From Spirochaetia bacterium (GTDB lineage Bacteria; Spirochaetota; Spirochaetia; CADAEX01), in the NCBI GenBank assembly GCA_963662265.2, contig CAXXHA010000029.1, positions 160,954-224,953 on the forward strand: DNA of 64,000 nt, given 5' to 3'. The position numbers were made by a program, and so were the translations under genes. Shown one piece after another: positions 42,915 to 53,694 of this stretch; the stretch's first letter is position 1, and every line of letters begins with the position of its first letter. Under the pieces are notes generated by a model, which saw nothing but the letters and a program-made list of their open reading frames with translations, was not told where the DNA came from and did no database searches.

Positions 42915-44711
42915 ATGGAAAACATAAGGAATTTCTGCATTATTGCGCATATAGATCACGGAAAATCAACTCTTGCAGACCGGTTTATTGAAAGGGCTGC
43001 AATTCTGGACCAGAGAAATGTAAAGGACCAGATGCTTGATTCCATGGATATTGAGAGGGAGCGGGGAATAACAATAAAATCCCAGGCAATTACAATTCCG
43101 TATAAGGGAAAAGACGGTATAGACTATACACTCAATCTGGTTGACACTCCGGGTCATGTTGACTTTTCATATGAAGTTTCCAGGGCAATATCATCATGCG
43201 AAGGCGCTCTGCTTCTTATTGATGCTTCACAGGGTGTTGAGGCCCAGACTCTTGCAAACCTCTATATGGCGATGGAGCATGATCTGGAAATCATACCTGT
43301 CATAAACAAGGTTGACCTTCCAAGCGCTGATATAGAAATGGTTAAGCACCAGATAGAGCATGATCTGGGGCTTGATCCGGACATGGCAGTTCCGGTTTCA
43401 GCAAAAACCGGTTTTGGAATTGATGATCTTCTGAAGTCACTGGTCGAGTATATACCTGCTCCGAAAGGGGATAAAAACGATAGTTTAAAGGCACTTATCT
43501 TTGATTCCCATTACGACCCCTACCGGGGAGTTATCGTTCATCTGAGAGTGTTTGAAGGGGAAATCAGGGAAGGTATGGAAATAAAGCTGATGTCTTCAAA
43601 TGCTGATTACAAGGTTGAGGAAACAGGACTTTTCAGGCTTAAGCTTGAAAAGAAGAAAACACTTTCAGCAGGTGATGTAGGGTATATAATTGCGGGGATA
43701 AAGAATATTTCCGATATCAGAATAGGTGACACAGTTACAGGAAAAAACAAACCTGCACAGAGCCCTCTTGACGGGTTCAAAGAGGTCAAACCTGTTGTAT
43801 ATTCATCGATATATCCCATAGATTCAAATGACTACAACGAGCTTCTGACAGCTATAGAAAAACTTAAACTGAATGATGCATCCCTGATATATGAAAAAGA
43901 CTCATCTACAGCACTGGGATTCGGATTCAGATGCGGTTTTCTGGGACTTCTACACCTTGAGGTTGTCCAGGAAAGGCTTGAACGGGAATTTGATCTTTCA
44001 ATAGTACTCACATCTCCTTCTGTTCAGTACAATGTGTACCTTAAATCGGGAGAGATGGTGAAGATTGATAATCCTCTGGAATATCCCGATCCAACGCTTA
44101 TTGAATATACAGAAGAGCCTTTTATAAATGCACAGATAATTACACCAACAGACTACCTGGGGTCAATCATGAACCTGTGCATGAAAAAACGGGGAATCCA
44201 GATTGCAATGAATTATCTGGATGAAAAAAGAGTTGAGGTTATATATGATATGCCTCTTGCTGAAGTTCTTTTTGATTTCTATGACAAGCTTAAATCTGTA
44301 AGCCGGGGATATGCATCTTTTGATTACGAAGTGAAAGGATTCAAGACAACCGATCTTGCAAAACTAGATATCCTTGTGAACGGGACAGCAGTAGATGCCC
44401 TTTCAATGCTTGTGTTCAGAGACAGTGCGCGTGAGAAGGCTGTTTCTGTATGTAAAAAACTGAGAGAGGAAATCCCGAGGCAGCAGTTTAAAATACCTAT
44501 ACAGGGAGCAATCGGTACAAATATTATTGCACGTGAGACAATATCAGCGCTGCGTAAGGATGTTACAGCCAAGTGCTACGGCGGTGATATATCACGTAAG
44601 AGAAAGCTGCTTGAGAAACAGAAAGAGGGTAAGAAGCGGATGAAGATGGTCGGCAATGTTGAGCTGCCTCAGAATGCATTCCTCTCTGTACTCCGTTCAG
44701 ATGAAGACTGA
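42915..44711 (+). CDS. lepA: Elongation factor 4
   Basis: IRNFCIIAHIDHGKSTLADR, KCYGGDISRKRKLL. Confidence 0.98.
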   Translation: MENIRNFCIIAHIDHGKSTLADRFIERAAILDQRNVKDQMLDSMDIERERGITIKSQAITIPYKGKDGIDYTLNLVDTPGHVDFSYEVSRAISSCEGALLLIDASQGVEAQTLANLYMAMEHDLEIIPVINKVDLPSADIEMVKHQIEHDLGLDPDMAVPVSAKTGFGIDDLLKSLVEYIPAPKGDKNDSLKALIFDSHYDPYRGVIVHLRVFEGEIREGMEIKLMSSNADYKVEETGLFRLKLEKKKTLSAGDVGYIIAGIKNISDIRIGDTVTGKNKPAQSPLDGFKEVKPVVYSSIYPIDSNDYNELLTAIEKLKLNDASLIYEKDSSTALGFGFRCGFLGLLHLEVVQERLEREFDLSIVLTSPSVQYNVYLKSGEMVKIDNPLEYPDPTLIEYTEEPFINAQIITPTDYLGSIMNLCMKKRGIQIAMNYLDEKRVEVIYDMPLAEVLFDFYDKLKSVSRGYASFDYEVKGFKTTDLAKLDILVNGTAVDALSMLVFRDSAREKAVSVCKKLREEIPRQQFKIPIQGAIGTNIIARETISALRKDVTAKCYGGDISRKRKLLEKQKEGKKRMKMVGNVELPQNAFLSVLRSDED

Positions 44712-44882
44712 TGAAAAGAGATATCCTGTCGGGTCTGATTTATTGATAACCAGATTATTATCAGTTGAATGTGGAACAAGAACTGAAAGAGATATTTTAT
44801 TGGATATGATTTTAATAGACATGTAAATATCTTTTAAATGATGAATATAAACATAAAAAATTATTCATAAAATATATTTTAG

Positions 44883-44909
44883 AGCTGCATTTCATATGCA
44901 GCTTTTTTT
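44883..44909. terminator. Terminator between lepA and the convergent Maf gene
   Basis: AGCTGCAT-TTCAT-ATGCAGCT followed by a T run. Confidence 0.65.
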
Positions 44910-46578
44910 ATTGAAGAGTACTGATTATCTGCCTGATAATTCTTTCATACCTGTAGCATGAAAGGAGAAGCCGTTTAAGATAGGGAGGAGAAATATTTTC
45001 CGGTACTGAAGTTTCGGGAAAGTCTTCTGTAATATAGTCGGATTCATAAAGCATTTCTCTTAAACTGTCAAATGATGAGCTGCCTGTGCGGCTGTTGAGA
45101 AGATCCGCTGCAGTGCTGATTATTTTTTCCAGTTTGCTGTGTTCAGATAAGTAGAAACTTGAAAGGCTTTCACTTCCCGGTATATGAGATACAGAAGGTT
45201 TTGATGTGAAGGGGTGATTAACAAGCCTTTCAAATTCCTCTTCCGATTGAATTGTGCTGCGGTTTTTCACTATTCCTGAAGGAAAAAGGGAATATATCCT
45301 GTCAGTTTTTGATAATATTTCGGTAAGTGATTTGCTGTAGGACCTCAGGTTGCTGTTTGTTACCACTTTTTTACCGTTTATATCTTTTTCAGAAAAATTA
45401 TCTTCTCTTATACAGAATGAATAATTTCCCGATGTGCCTGTCCTGTTCCCGAGATGGGAAGTCAATATAATAAAAGGGGAATCCTTGCTGTGGCTTTTAC
45501 CCGGTATGAATGAAAAATCAAGTCCTGAATATATAACAGGGTTATCTGTGATCCTGGTTGCAATATATACGGCAATTACACCTACAGATCCCAGCGGGGG
45601 TATTTTTTCCGGAAGGAGATTTTTATTCTCCATTGTCTTAAGGAAGTTTGAAGTTGAAAATTCAGAGAAAAAGAAATAGTTTTTTCCGCCTGTTATTCTG
45701 AGTGTCTGCGGATATGATGATATGTCGCATATTACCGGGATTCCGGAATTCCTGCAGCTGTAAAAGTCAAACATGTTATAAAACTGTGCTTCAACTGCAA
45801 GTATGTAATCAGGCTTGATACTGTAATGCATAAGGGTTGATACTGCTGTATCTATTGCAATGAGTGTAATTCTCTCTCTGTACTTTTTTATTACAGGGAG
45901 TGCTGATTCAAGGGATTCACCGGCACCTGCTATGAAAACAGGTTTATCTGTGTTTATTTCTGAAACTGAGCTTTTTTTCCCGTAAAAGGGGAGGTTTTTG
46001 AAAATATTGCTGTACCACCTGCTGCTCAGGGAAATAAGTGTTATCTTGTTTTTCCAGAACCTGTTCATGTTCTGCCTGAATATTTCTGCTGCCCTGTTGT
46101 AGAATACCCTGTTGATGAAATATCCGTTATTCAGGGGAAGAAGAACAACTTTCCTGTAATTTGAAAAGTCAAAGGATTCGCAGAATTCTGATATTTCATA
46201 TTCTTTTTCAGCCAGAATATATTCCGTGCTGCTGTTTTCACGCAATAAACCGGTAATATTATTGTTTTCTGATTCGTGATGAAAATTGCCATCAGCCTGT
46301 TTTGTATTAAGAGATATATTGTAAAGCATCTTATCATGTTCAATAAAAACAATACCGCAGTTTTTTTCAAGCCTTCTGATAAGATTTTCTGCACCGTGGA
46401 AGAGAAGCGGTGACGGAACAATAAAAAGAGTGTTTTCTGATATATCGAGAGAGTTTATTTTCTGATTTATTCTGTTTAAAGGATTTTTTTCAGGATAAAG
46501 ATACTTGTTGTTATAAAAGATATTATATCCCTCACCGGTTTTTACAACACCGGGAGGGATAATATTTCTATTTTCCAC
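44908..46578 (-). CDS. Motility-associated factor (Maf/DUF115) glycosyltransferase-like protein
   Basis: IAGAGESL, IAIDTA, IKPDY, GSV, GLDFSF..GKSH. Confidence 0.78.
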   Translation of the reverse strand: MENRNIIPPGVVKTGEGYNIFYNNKYLYPEKNPLNRINQKINSLDISENTLFIVPSPLLFHGAENLIRRLEKNCGIVFIEHDKMLYNISLNTKQADGNFHHESENNNITGLLRENSSTEYILAEKEYEISEFCESFDFSNYRKVVLLPLNNGYFINRVFYNRAAEIFRQNMNRFWKNKITLISLSSRWYSNIFKNLPFYGKKSSVSEINTDKPVFIAGAGESLESALPVIKKYRERITLIAIDTAVSTLMHYSIKPDYILAVEAQFYNMFDFYSCRNSGIPVICDISSYPQTLRITGGKNYFFFSEFSTSNFLKTMENKNLLPEKIPPLGSVGVIAVYIATRITDNPVIYSGLDFSFIPGKSHSKDSPFIILTSHLGNRTGTSGNYSFCIREDNFSEKDINGKKVVTNSNLRSYSKSLTEILSKTDRIYSLFPSGIVKNRSTIQSEEEFERLVNHPFTSKPSVSHIPGSESLSSFYLSEHSKLEKIISTAADLLNSRTGSSSFDSLREMLYESDYITEDFPETSVPENISPPYLKRLLLSCYRYERIIRQIISTLQ

Positions 46579-48050
46579 TAATTACTTAAAAAATATTTTG
46601 AAAATGTTTCATTGAAATTGTCTTTAACTTTATCTGATGTAATATAGAAACTGCTCAGGCTTGAATCATTCATCTGCTGAACAATATAAGGATAATATGA
46701 ATCAAGAAGTTCATTCATTGAACCTTCAGACTCGGAAACAGAGTCGAGAGTTATAACAAGAACTGCATTGTTTACAATGACAGGTTCTGATATTTCGCCC
46801 TTGTCGAGAGAGAAAGCTGCCTGAAGGAATTCATCATTATAACCGAGGTTTGTAAGCGATTTATCCTTGTCTTCAACTTTTACAGGTTTGAAAAACATAC
46901 TGTTACCATAGTTTATAGGAAAACTGTCTGTTTTTATAACTTCATAATCATTATCAAGAGCAGCAGATATAAGGTTGCCGGAGTTTTTGAGGTTTTCAGC
47001 CTGTGCAGTGAAATAGTCCTCAATTTTACCAAGTTCATATCTCATCATGTATTCTTTGACTTTAGAATTGTCTGCTTCGCTGTTTACAGATGATGAGCTT
47101 TTATAGATAACCCAGCCGTTGTTTGTTTCAAGAAGGCTGCTTATGCTGCCGTTTGAAAGGGAAAATACTTTTTCAGCATCATCTGCGTTTTTAAGTTCAG
47201 TCTTGAGATTATAGTAATAAACATTTCCCATGTCTCCGCCGTTTGCAGAGTAACTGTCTTTTGAATGGTTCTTTGCATTGTCTGCAAAAGAATCAGGATT
47301 GTCTTTTACAATCTGATAAACTTTTTCAGCGTCTTTTTTATCTGAAAGAACTGTAATCTTACTCAATGTCATGGATCTGAATAGATTTTCATTTTCTTCT
47401 TTATATGATTCTACTTCAGAATCGGGATAATCTGAAAAAGGCAGTTTTACAATATTGAAGCTTTTTTCAACAGAAGCCATATCTTTAATGAAATCTTTCT
47501 CTGCTGTGCTGATTTTCTTGCCGTAGAAGTAGTCGTTGATATACTGTTCTTTAATTACAGTTTCCTCGATATATTTCCTGTTCTGCTTTTTTTCCATGTT
47601 TGAAGCGCTGCTGTATTTTTCAGGGCTGAACTCGCCGTTAACAGTGTAGGGGCCGTATTTAACTACTGCTGTATCAATTTTATCCTGTGATGCAATAAAA
47701 CCACTGTCAATAACTTCTTTAAGAAGAGCAACATGAAGTACTGTTCTTTCATAGGCACCCCGCCAAACCTGGTATGCCTGAAGCTGGAAATTACCTGAAT
47801 TGTTTTTATCGATTTTCTGTGCAAGCATATCTTTCTGGTTTGAAAGATAGTTACCCGGATAATATTCTATTTTTTCACCATCGTATTCTCCGAATACAAT
47901 TCTCTGACCGCCGCTGAAATTACTGGCAATCGGAGCACCTACAAAGGTTACAATTATTATTACCAGTATTATCGCACTGAATATATATAAAACCGGATGT
48001 TTGTTGATTTTCTTTTCGACCTGATTATCGTCTTTCTTTTTCATGCCCAT
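46578..48050 (-). CDS. SurA/PpiD-like membrane-anchored peptidyl-prolyl isomerase
   Basis: TM helix, FADNAKNHSKD..NGGDMG parvulin motif, GEISEPV. Start placed at ATG 48050 (AGGA SD; TTGACA promoter at 48098-48103). Confidence 0.8.
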   Translation of the reverse strand: MGMKKKDDNQVEKKINKHPVLYIFSAIILVIIIVTFVGAPIASNFSGGQRIVFGEYDGEKIEYYPGNYLSNQKDMLAQKIDKNNSGNFQLQAYQVWRGAYERTVLHVALLKEVIDSGFIASQDKIDTAVVKYGPYTVNGEFSPEKYSSASNMEKKQNRKYIEETVIKEQYINDYFYGKKISTAEKDFIKDMASVEKSFNIVKLPFSDYPDSEVESYKEENENLFRSMTLSKITVLSDKKDAEKVYQIVKDNPDSFADNAKNHSKDSYSANGGDMGNVYYYNLKTELKNADDAEKVFSLSNGSISSLLETNNGWVIYKSSSSVNSEADNSKVKEYMMRYELGKIEDYFTAQAENLKNSGNLISAALDNDYEVIKTDSFPINYGNSMFFKPVKVEDKDKSLTNLGYNDEFLQAAFSLDKGEISEPVIVNNAVLVITLDSVSESEGSMNELLDSYYPYIVQQMNDSSLSSFYITSDKVKDNFNETFSKYFLSN

Positions 48051-48266
48051 ATTCCTGAAATTAATTTTTAGAAAGAATAACATGCCACTGTAAGCTGTGT
48101 CAATTAAACTAAAATATGTAAAGATAAACAGGATTAACAATTGTTTGAAAACTGGATGAAAAGTATGAAGAAATTATGAATAAAATCAGCAAAAAGTTTT
48201 ATAAACAAAAAATAACAAATCCTACTTGACTGTTTTTTTAATACAATATATATTCATTTCTCGTAA

Positions 48267-48340
48267 GGGGGCGTGGCGAAGCTGGTTATCGCGCCGGCCT
48301 GTCAAGCCGGAGACCGCGGGTTCAAGCCCCGTCGCTCCCG
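48267..48340 (+). tRNA. tRNA-Asp (GTC), copy 1
   Basis: GGGGGCG/CGCTCCC acceptor stem, CCGGC-CTGTCAA-GCCGG anticodon arm. Confidence 0.96.
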
Positions 48341-48507
48341 AACATTAAGTCCTTGTTTTGCAAGGACTTATTTTTTTATATGCTGATCATAATTTAAACT
48401 GCCTTAAGAATTACTTAAAAAATCGCTTTAAAACATCCATAGAAATAAAGTATCTGCTGATCCTACTTGACTGTTTTTTTAATACAATATATATTCAATT
48501 CTCGTAA

Positions 48508-48581
48508 GGGGGCGTGGCGAAGCTGGTTATCGCGCCGGCCTGTCAAGCCGGAGACCGCGGGTTCAAGCCCCGTCGCTCCCG
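48508..48581 (+). tRNA. tRNA-Asp (GTC), copy 2
   Basis: Identical to copy 1. Confidence 0.96.
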
Positions 48582-48837
48582 AACATCAAGTTCCTGTTTT
48601 TACAGGGACTTTTTTTTTGCCCTGTAGTCTGTGAAAAACAGGACGTAACTGCTTTTATCTGAGGTTTGAAAGACCTGAAAATAATCAAAAAACATAAAGA
48701 ATCATAAAAACAATCCTCAAACAGAAAACAATACCCGATAAAATAATGCTGCCAGATATGGAATTGAGAAGAAAAGCTTTGAATTTGCAATAATTATTAT
48801 TACTCCTATAATTTAAGGGAAAATTAAAAAACGGAGT

Positions 48838-49683
48838 ATGAAAATGGGGAAAAATAAAATTGCAGTATTGGCTATTCACGGAATGGGGGTCCGAAAGGAA
48901 AATTTTGCAGATAAAATTGAAAAAAAGCTGAGAAAAGAAGTCGGGGATGAAAAGTGGGGCAATGTTTATTTTAACAGTATTTATTATCAGGATTTTCTAC
49001 AGGATAATCAGGATGCGCTTTTCAGGGAAATGAAAAAGGTCGAGATAGACTGGATTAGTACTAGAAAGTTTTTCCTGTATTCTTTTTCAGATGCTGTAAC
49101 ACTGGAAAGAAAGCCTCATAAGGATGGAAGTCCGTATGAAAAAGCACAGAAAATAATCATGGAAGCACTAAATAAAAGTTTAAGTGAACTGGAAAGCCCG
49201 GACTGCCCTGTATTCCTGATTGCACATTCGCTTGGATGCCAGGTCATATCAAACTATATTTGGGACTCCCAGCAGAGCAAGCCGGGGCAGGGAGTCTGGA
49301 AAAAAGCGAAAAAACTGAATAATAAAAAAGATGATTTCAAAAGATTAAAGACACTTAAGAAGCTGTATACAACAGGATGTAATATCCCTCTTTTTATTGG
49401 AGGTTACAGTAAAAAAGATATTTATCCTATCGAAACATCGGCAAATGGCTACAGCATAGAATGGAATAATTTCTATGACAGGGATGATCCCCTTGGATGG
49501 CCTCTCAAGCCTATAAACCCTTCCTATAAAAAATCTGTAAAAAAAGATATTGAAATTAATGTGGGAGGAGGTTTGTTTGGAACAATTTTTAAAAGCTGGA
49601 ATCTGTTCAGCCATACAGAATACTGGAAAGACAGGGAATTTATTGATTTTGTAGCGCGGGATATAGTTAACGAGTTGAAATGA
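48838..49683 (+). CDS. Alpha/beta-hydrolase-fold protein of unknown substrate
   Basis: IHGMG, AHSLG, NFYDRDDPLG, SHTEYW. Confidence 0.65.
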   Translation: MKMGKNKIAVLAIHGMGVRKENFADKIEKKLRKEVGDEKWGNVYFNSIYYQDFLQDNQDALFREMKKVEIDWISTRKFFLYSFSDAVTLERKPHKDGSPYEKAQKIIMEALNKSLSELESPDCPVFLIAHSLGCQVISNYIWDSQQSKPGQGVWKKAKKLNNKKDDFKRLKTLKKLYTTGCNIPLFIGGYSKKDIYPIETSANGYSIEWNNFYDRDDPLGWPLKPINPSYKKSVKKDIEINVGGGLFGTIFKSWNLFSHTEYWKDREFIDFVARDIVNELK

Positions 49684-49697
49684 ACATAAAGTTTTAC

Positions 49698-50939
49698 TTA
49701 CTGAAGCTGGTTTATCAAATCCCTGTTGCGTTCAGACTTATTCAGCAATGAAAGGGCTGTTCCTGTAAAAATTCCCAATACTGCAACAACAATCCATGTG
49801 TTTGTCACACCTGAACTGCTGGATATCACACCTGTAAAATAGGGCCCGATAATAAAACCCGTACCTGTGACTGTGTTCATCACGCTGTTGAACCTTCCCC
49901 TGTGGTTTATGGGACTGTGATTTGCTATATATATACTGAAATTAGTGACCATCAGTATTTCACCGACAGTCCAGATAAATGCAGATATGAAAAAGGAAGG
50001 AATGCTGCTGAAGAAGTAGAGCATACCAAAACCGGCTGTATATAAAAATGATGCTATGGCAGTATTTAAAGATGCACTGTTTTTTCCTGTCAGTACAAGT
50101 AAAGGTGATGTCATAAGTAATACTGTAACTGCATTAAATGACATTATATATCCGAAAATCCTTGCACTGTCATCATGAAATAATATTTCAAGGTGGAGGG
50201 GAATTAGAAATGAGTGCTGCGAATACAGGGCACTACAGAAAAGAGCAAGAATTGAAAATATCATGAGAAAGGGTCTTTCCATGATTGCTTTGAAAGTACT
50301 GCCTTTTTCTAACTTTTCACTTTCAGGACCTGCTTCAAGACTTTCTGTTTCTTCCTTTTCACCCGGGCTGCTCTCTTTAATTAATAAAACAATTAACAAT
50401 GAACTTAAAAGGGCAGTTGCCCCGTCTCCCCAGAAAATCCACCGGGTGTGATTCCTGAAAAGAAAACCTGCAATAAGGGGACCTACAGCTACACCAATAT
50501 TGGTTCCGAGATACATGAGTGAATAAGCAGCTTTTCTCTTATTTCCTGCTGCAAGATCCGCTACCATGGAACCGCTTGCAGGTCTGACAGCTCCATTGAA
50601 AAATCCAGAGACTGCCATAAGATATGGTATTATTATTGAATTGCCGAGAAAACCGCAGGGTATTAAAAAAAGTGCGGATAATGACTGTCCATATACGATA
50701 ACCATTTTTCTGCCCAGAAAATCAGATAACTTACCCCCTGTAAGGACTCCCGCAATCCTGGAAAACCCCACAATCATCAGGAAAAATCCGGTCTCCTTTT
50801 CATCCATTCCCATTCTTGTTGTAAGAAAAAGTGTCAGGAAAATATGAACAAAATCTCCCATCCTGTTAATAATTCTGGAAATAAAGAGTATGTAAATTTG
50901 ATGCGGCAAACCTGAATAGGCAGATATTACTTTTTTCAT
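49698..50939 (-). CDS. MFS transporter
   Basis: About 12 TM segments, GGKLSDFLGRK motif A. Confidence 0.92.
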   Translation of the reverse strand: MKKVISAYSGLPHQIYILFISRIINRMGDFVHIFLTLFLTTRMGMDEKETGFFLMIVGFSRIAGVLTGGKLSDFLGRKMVIVYGQSLSALFLIPCGFLGNSIIIPYLMAVSGFFNGAVRPASGSMVADLAAGNKRKAAYSLMYLGTNIGVAVGPLIAGFLFRNHTRWIFWGDGATALLSSLLIVLLIKESSPGEKEETESLEAGPESEKLEKGSTFKAIMERPFLMIFSILALFCSALYSQHSFLIPLHLEILFHDDSARIFGYIMSFNAVTVLLMTSPLLVLTGKNSASLNTAIASFLYTAGFGMLYFFSSIPSFFISAFIWTVGEILMVTNFSIYIANHSPINHRGRFNSVMNTVTGTGFIIGPYFTGVISSSSGVTNTWIVVAVLGIFTGTALSLLNKSERNRDLINQLQ

Positions 50940-50945
50940 GGAACT

Positions 50946-50974
50946 ATTCTACAGATACCGATTTAATATGTAAA
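50946..50974 (-). promoter_or_regulatory. Sigma70 promoter, leaderless geometry
   Basis: TTTACA-N17-TAGAAT-N6-ATG(50939); no SD. Confidence 0.65.
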
Positions 50975-51217
50975 GGTTCTGTCATATTTTTAAAATTATA
51001 ATGATTAAATCAATTTTAAAATAATTGAAGTATATCTGCTAAATATTTAAAGATAATAATATGGAATAATGAATTAAGAATTAGATGACATGGCCGGTGA
51101 TTATCTTTAAAGAAGAATGATTTTCTGATATTATGAAACAATTTTAAAATAGGAAGTTTCTTAACAAACATATAATTACAAAAATCATATCAATATAGAA
51201 AAAAATCATAAATTAAC

Positions 51218-52414
51218 ATGGAATCTGATTGGAGTGGGAAAAGGGATTTTAATGAAAAGACGGCAATGGAAATAAGGGAATATAAATATAAGACTTATAT
51301 TATGATACAGGTTTACTGTATAATAATATATTCTGTCATAAATAACATACATAACATAATGCACATAATTGATAGAGATTATTTTTCTCCAGGTCTCGTT
51401 ATTTTCAATATTTTAAATATTTTATTAATTTCTGTATATCTGCTGCATAGAAAGAACTGCAGGAAGACTGCAAATCATATATTTTTTTCAAGTATAGTAA
51501 TTGCTGTTATTTCTCTTAATTTCTTTAAACAAAACCTTTTTCACCAGAACAATTTACTTCTTGCATATCCTATAATGCTTTCAATTGTCTTTACCCGGAA
51601 AAGAGTAATAATGATTTACGGGTCAGTTATCCTGATCTATTTTCTTCTTTATGAGATTATTTTCGATTATTATTCTGCAGAAGAATTTATTGCAGCTTTC
51701 ATGGGGCTTGTTTTAATAACAGGTACAGTTATCCTTTATTCGACATTTGTAAAAAAACTGGAAAAAAAAGAAAGAGAAACCTCTGAGGAAATATTCAATA
51801 CAGCTCTTTCGCTTCTCGGAAGGGTTGCAGAACTCAAGGATGATGAGACACATAATCATCTTGACCGTGTAGTTCATATAAACAGAATGCTGCTCAATCG
51901 CCTTAAAAAAAGATCCAGGTATTCCAATGAGCTTACTGATGAATACCGTACATATATTGAAAAAGCATCAATTCTTCATGATATAGGAAAAATTGCTGTT
52001 GATGATAAGATCCTTATGAAGCCGGGGCGTCTTACACCGGTTGAATACGAAGTGATGAAAAAACACACTTCCAAAGGTGCTGAACTGATCGAACAGGCTC
52101 GTCATAAGACAGAAAACAGGGAGCTTTTCAGGATAGCTGTTGAAATAGCAAAATTCCATCATGAAAGATGGGACGGCGGCGGTTATCCTGAAGGTCTTAA
52201 AGGTAATGAAATACCCCTTCCTGCAAGAATAATGGCTGTTGCTGATGTTTACGATGCACTTATCTCGGAACGTCCATATAAGAAAGCCATGTCTGATGAT
52301 GAAGCGCTCAGGATAATAAAATCTGATGCCGGTTCCCATTTTGATCCTGAAATTGTTAAATGTTTTACAAAGATTCATCACAAACTGTTTGAACAGATAA
52401 AAAAACTTTTATAA
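51218..52414 (+). CDS. Membrane-bound HD-GYP phosphodiesterase
   Basis: Multi-TM N-terminus, LHDIGK, HHERWDGGGYPEGL, ADVYDAL..RPYK. Confidence 0.9.
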   Translation: MESDWSGKRDFNEKTAMEIREYKYKTYIMIQVYCIIIYSVINNIHNIMHIIDRDYFSPGLVIFNILNILLISVYLLHRKNCRKTANHIFFSSIVIAVISLNFFKQNLFHQNNLLLAYPIMLSIVFTRKRVIMIYGSVILIYFLLYEIIFDYYSAEEFIAAFMGLVLITGTVILYSTFVKKLEKKERETSEEIFNTALSLLGRVAELKDDETHNHLDRVVHINRMLLNRLKKRSRYSNELTDEYRTYIEKASILHDIGKIAVDDKILMKPGRLTPVEYEVMKKHTSKGAELIEQARHKTENRELFRIAVEIAKFHHERWDGGGYPEGLKGNEIPLPARIMAVADVYDALISERPYKKAMSDDEALRIIKSDAGSHFDPEIVKCFTKIHHKLFEQIKKLL

Positions 52415-52532
52415 ACATTATACATACAAAATATAATAACTTTTAGTATTTGCTTAATAAGATAAAGTCATTTAAAAAATATGTTAATTAATCATTGAAT
52501 TATGATAACATCTGATAAAAAGAACTTTAAAA

Positions 52533-53681
52533 ATGATTTTAACTGATAAAAACAGAAATATTGTTTACTGCTACATTGCTTATGTGATGACAGCGGTTTT
52601 TACAATTGAATATATACATTTTATACTCAGGTGTTTAAAATTCGGTAAATACAGCTGCTGTAATTATGTTCCGCTGACTGCTGTTAATCTGATGCTTTTT
52701 CTGTCTCTATACCTTAACAGCAGGGGTAAATTTCTTATATCGAAACATCTTTTTTTTACCACAATGATTCTCCTGTTTGTAAAAGTCAGTTTTCTCGAAA
52801 TAAATTTTTTTTACCCGGTAGAGGCAATAGCGGCACTGCCGCTGCTCTTTGCAATCACATTTATTCAGAGAAGATATATTTTATTCTATTCAATTATACT
52901 GCTTATTACAGTTGTTTTTCTGCAGACAAATTTCAGGTGCTATGATTCCCACCTTTACAGTTTTCTAGTTGTCACAATTATTTCAGTATCTTCTGTATGC
53001 CTGATATATAAATTATATTCTGAAAAAGTCATGGAAATACAGAAAGATTCCTATAATAAACTGTACAATGTTACTTTCAGCCTGCTGGGACGAGTATCGG
53101 AGCTGAAGGATGATGAGACACAGAACCACCAGGAAAGAGTAGGGATAATAGTAAAGACACTTCTTAAAAGGATGAAGACATCATCAAGATATTCATCGCA
53201 TATTACAAAGCATTTCATGCGTGATGTAATCAACGGATCTTATCTTCACGATATTGGAAAAATTGCAATTGAAGATTCAATACTCCTGAAAAAAGGAAAA
53301 TACAGCAAAGATGAATTTAATGCAATGAAACTGCATACTGTAATAGGGGCTGATATTCTCAATGAAACACGTGAGAAATCCGGGATGGATATATATGATA
53401 CTGCAGTTGATATTGTAAAATACCACCATGAAAGATGGGACGGATCGGGGTATCCTGAAGGACTCAAAGGGAGGGAGATACCCCTGGCTGCAAGAATAAT
53501 GGCTGTCGCTGATGTATATGATGCACTTGTTTCAAAGAGAAGATATAAAAAGGCATTTTCCCACGATGAAGCATATTCGATTATAGTGGAAAACTCGGCA
53601 AAACATTTTGACCCGGATGTAGTGAAATGTTTCAGAAAAACACATCAGGATATTTACAGGAAAATCAGGGATCTACTTTAA
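52533..53681 (+). CDS. Membrane-bound HD-GYP phosphodiesterase (tandem paralogue)
   Basis: Multi-TM N-terminus, LHDIGK, HHERWDGSGYPEGL, ADVYDAL..RRYK. Confidence 0.9.
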   Translation: MILTDKNRNIVYCYIAYVMTAVFTIEYIHFILRCLKFGKYSCCNYVPLTAVNLMLFLSLYLNSRGKFLISKHLFFTTMILLFVKVSFLEINFFYPVEAIAALPLLFAITFIQRRYILFYSIILLITVVFLQTNFRCYDSHLYSFLVVTIISVSSVCLIYKLYSEKVMEIQKDSYNKLYNVTFSLLGRVSELKDDETQNHQERVGIIVKTLLKRMKTSSRYSSHITKHFMRDVINGSYLHDIGKIAIEDSILLKKGKYSKDEFNAMKLHTVIGADILNETREKSGMDIYDTAVDIVKYHHERWDGSGYPEGLKGREIPLAARIMAVADVYDALVSKRRYKKAFSHDEAYSIIVENSAKHFDPDVVKCFRKTHQDIYRKIRDLL

Positions 53682-53694
53682 ATACCTGATGTGA

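Larger units (their letters stand above)
48219..48618 (+). repeat. Tandem duplication (period 241 bp) of a promoter-tRNA-Asp-terminator unit
   Basis: ATCCTACTTGACTG...GAACAT occurs at 48219 and 48460 with a single mismatch upstream of the tRNA. Confidence 0.9.

Noticed and set aside
48219-48618. attL/attR of an integrated element
   Set aside because: Both tRNAs are complete with their own promoters, and no integrase is present in the window.
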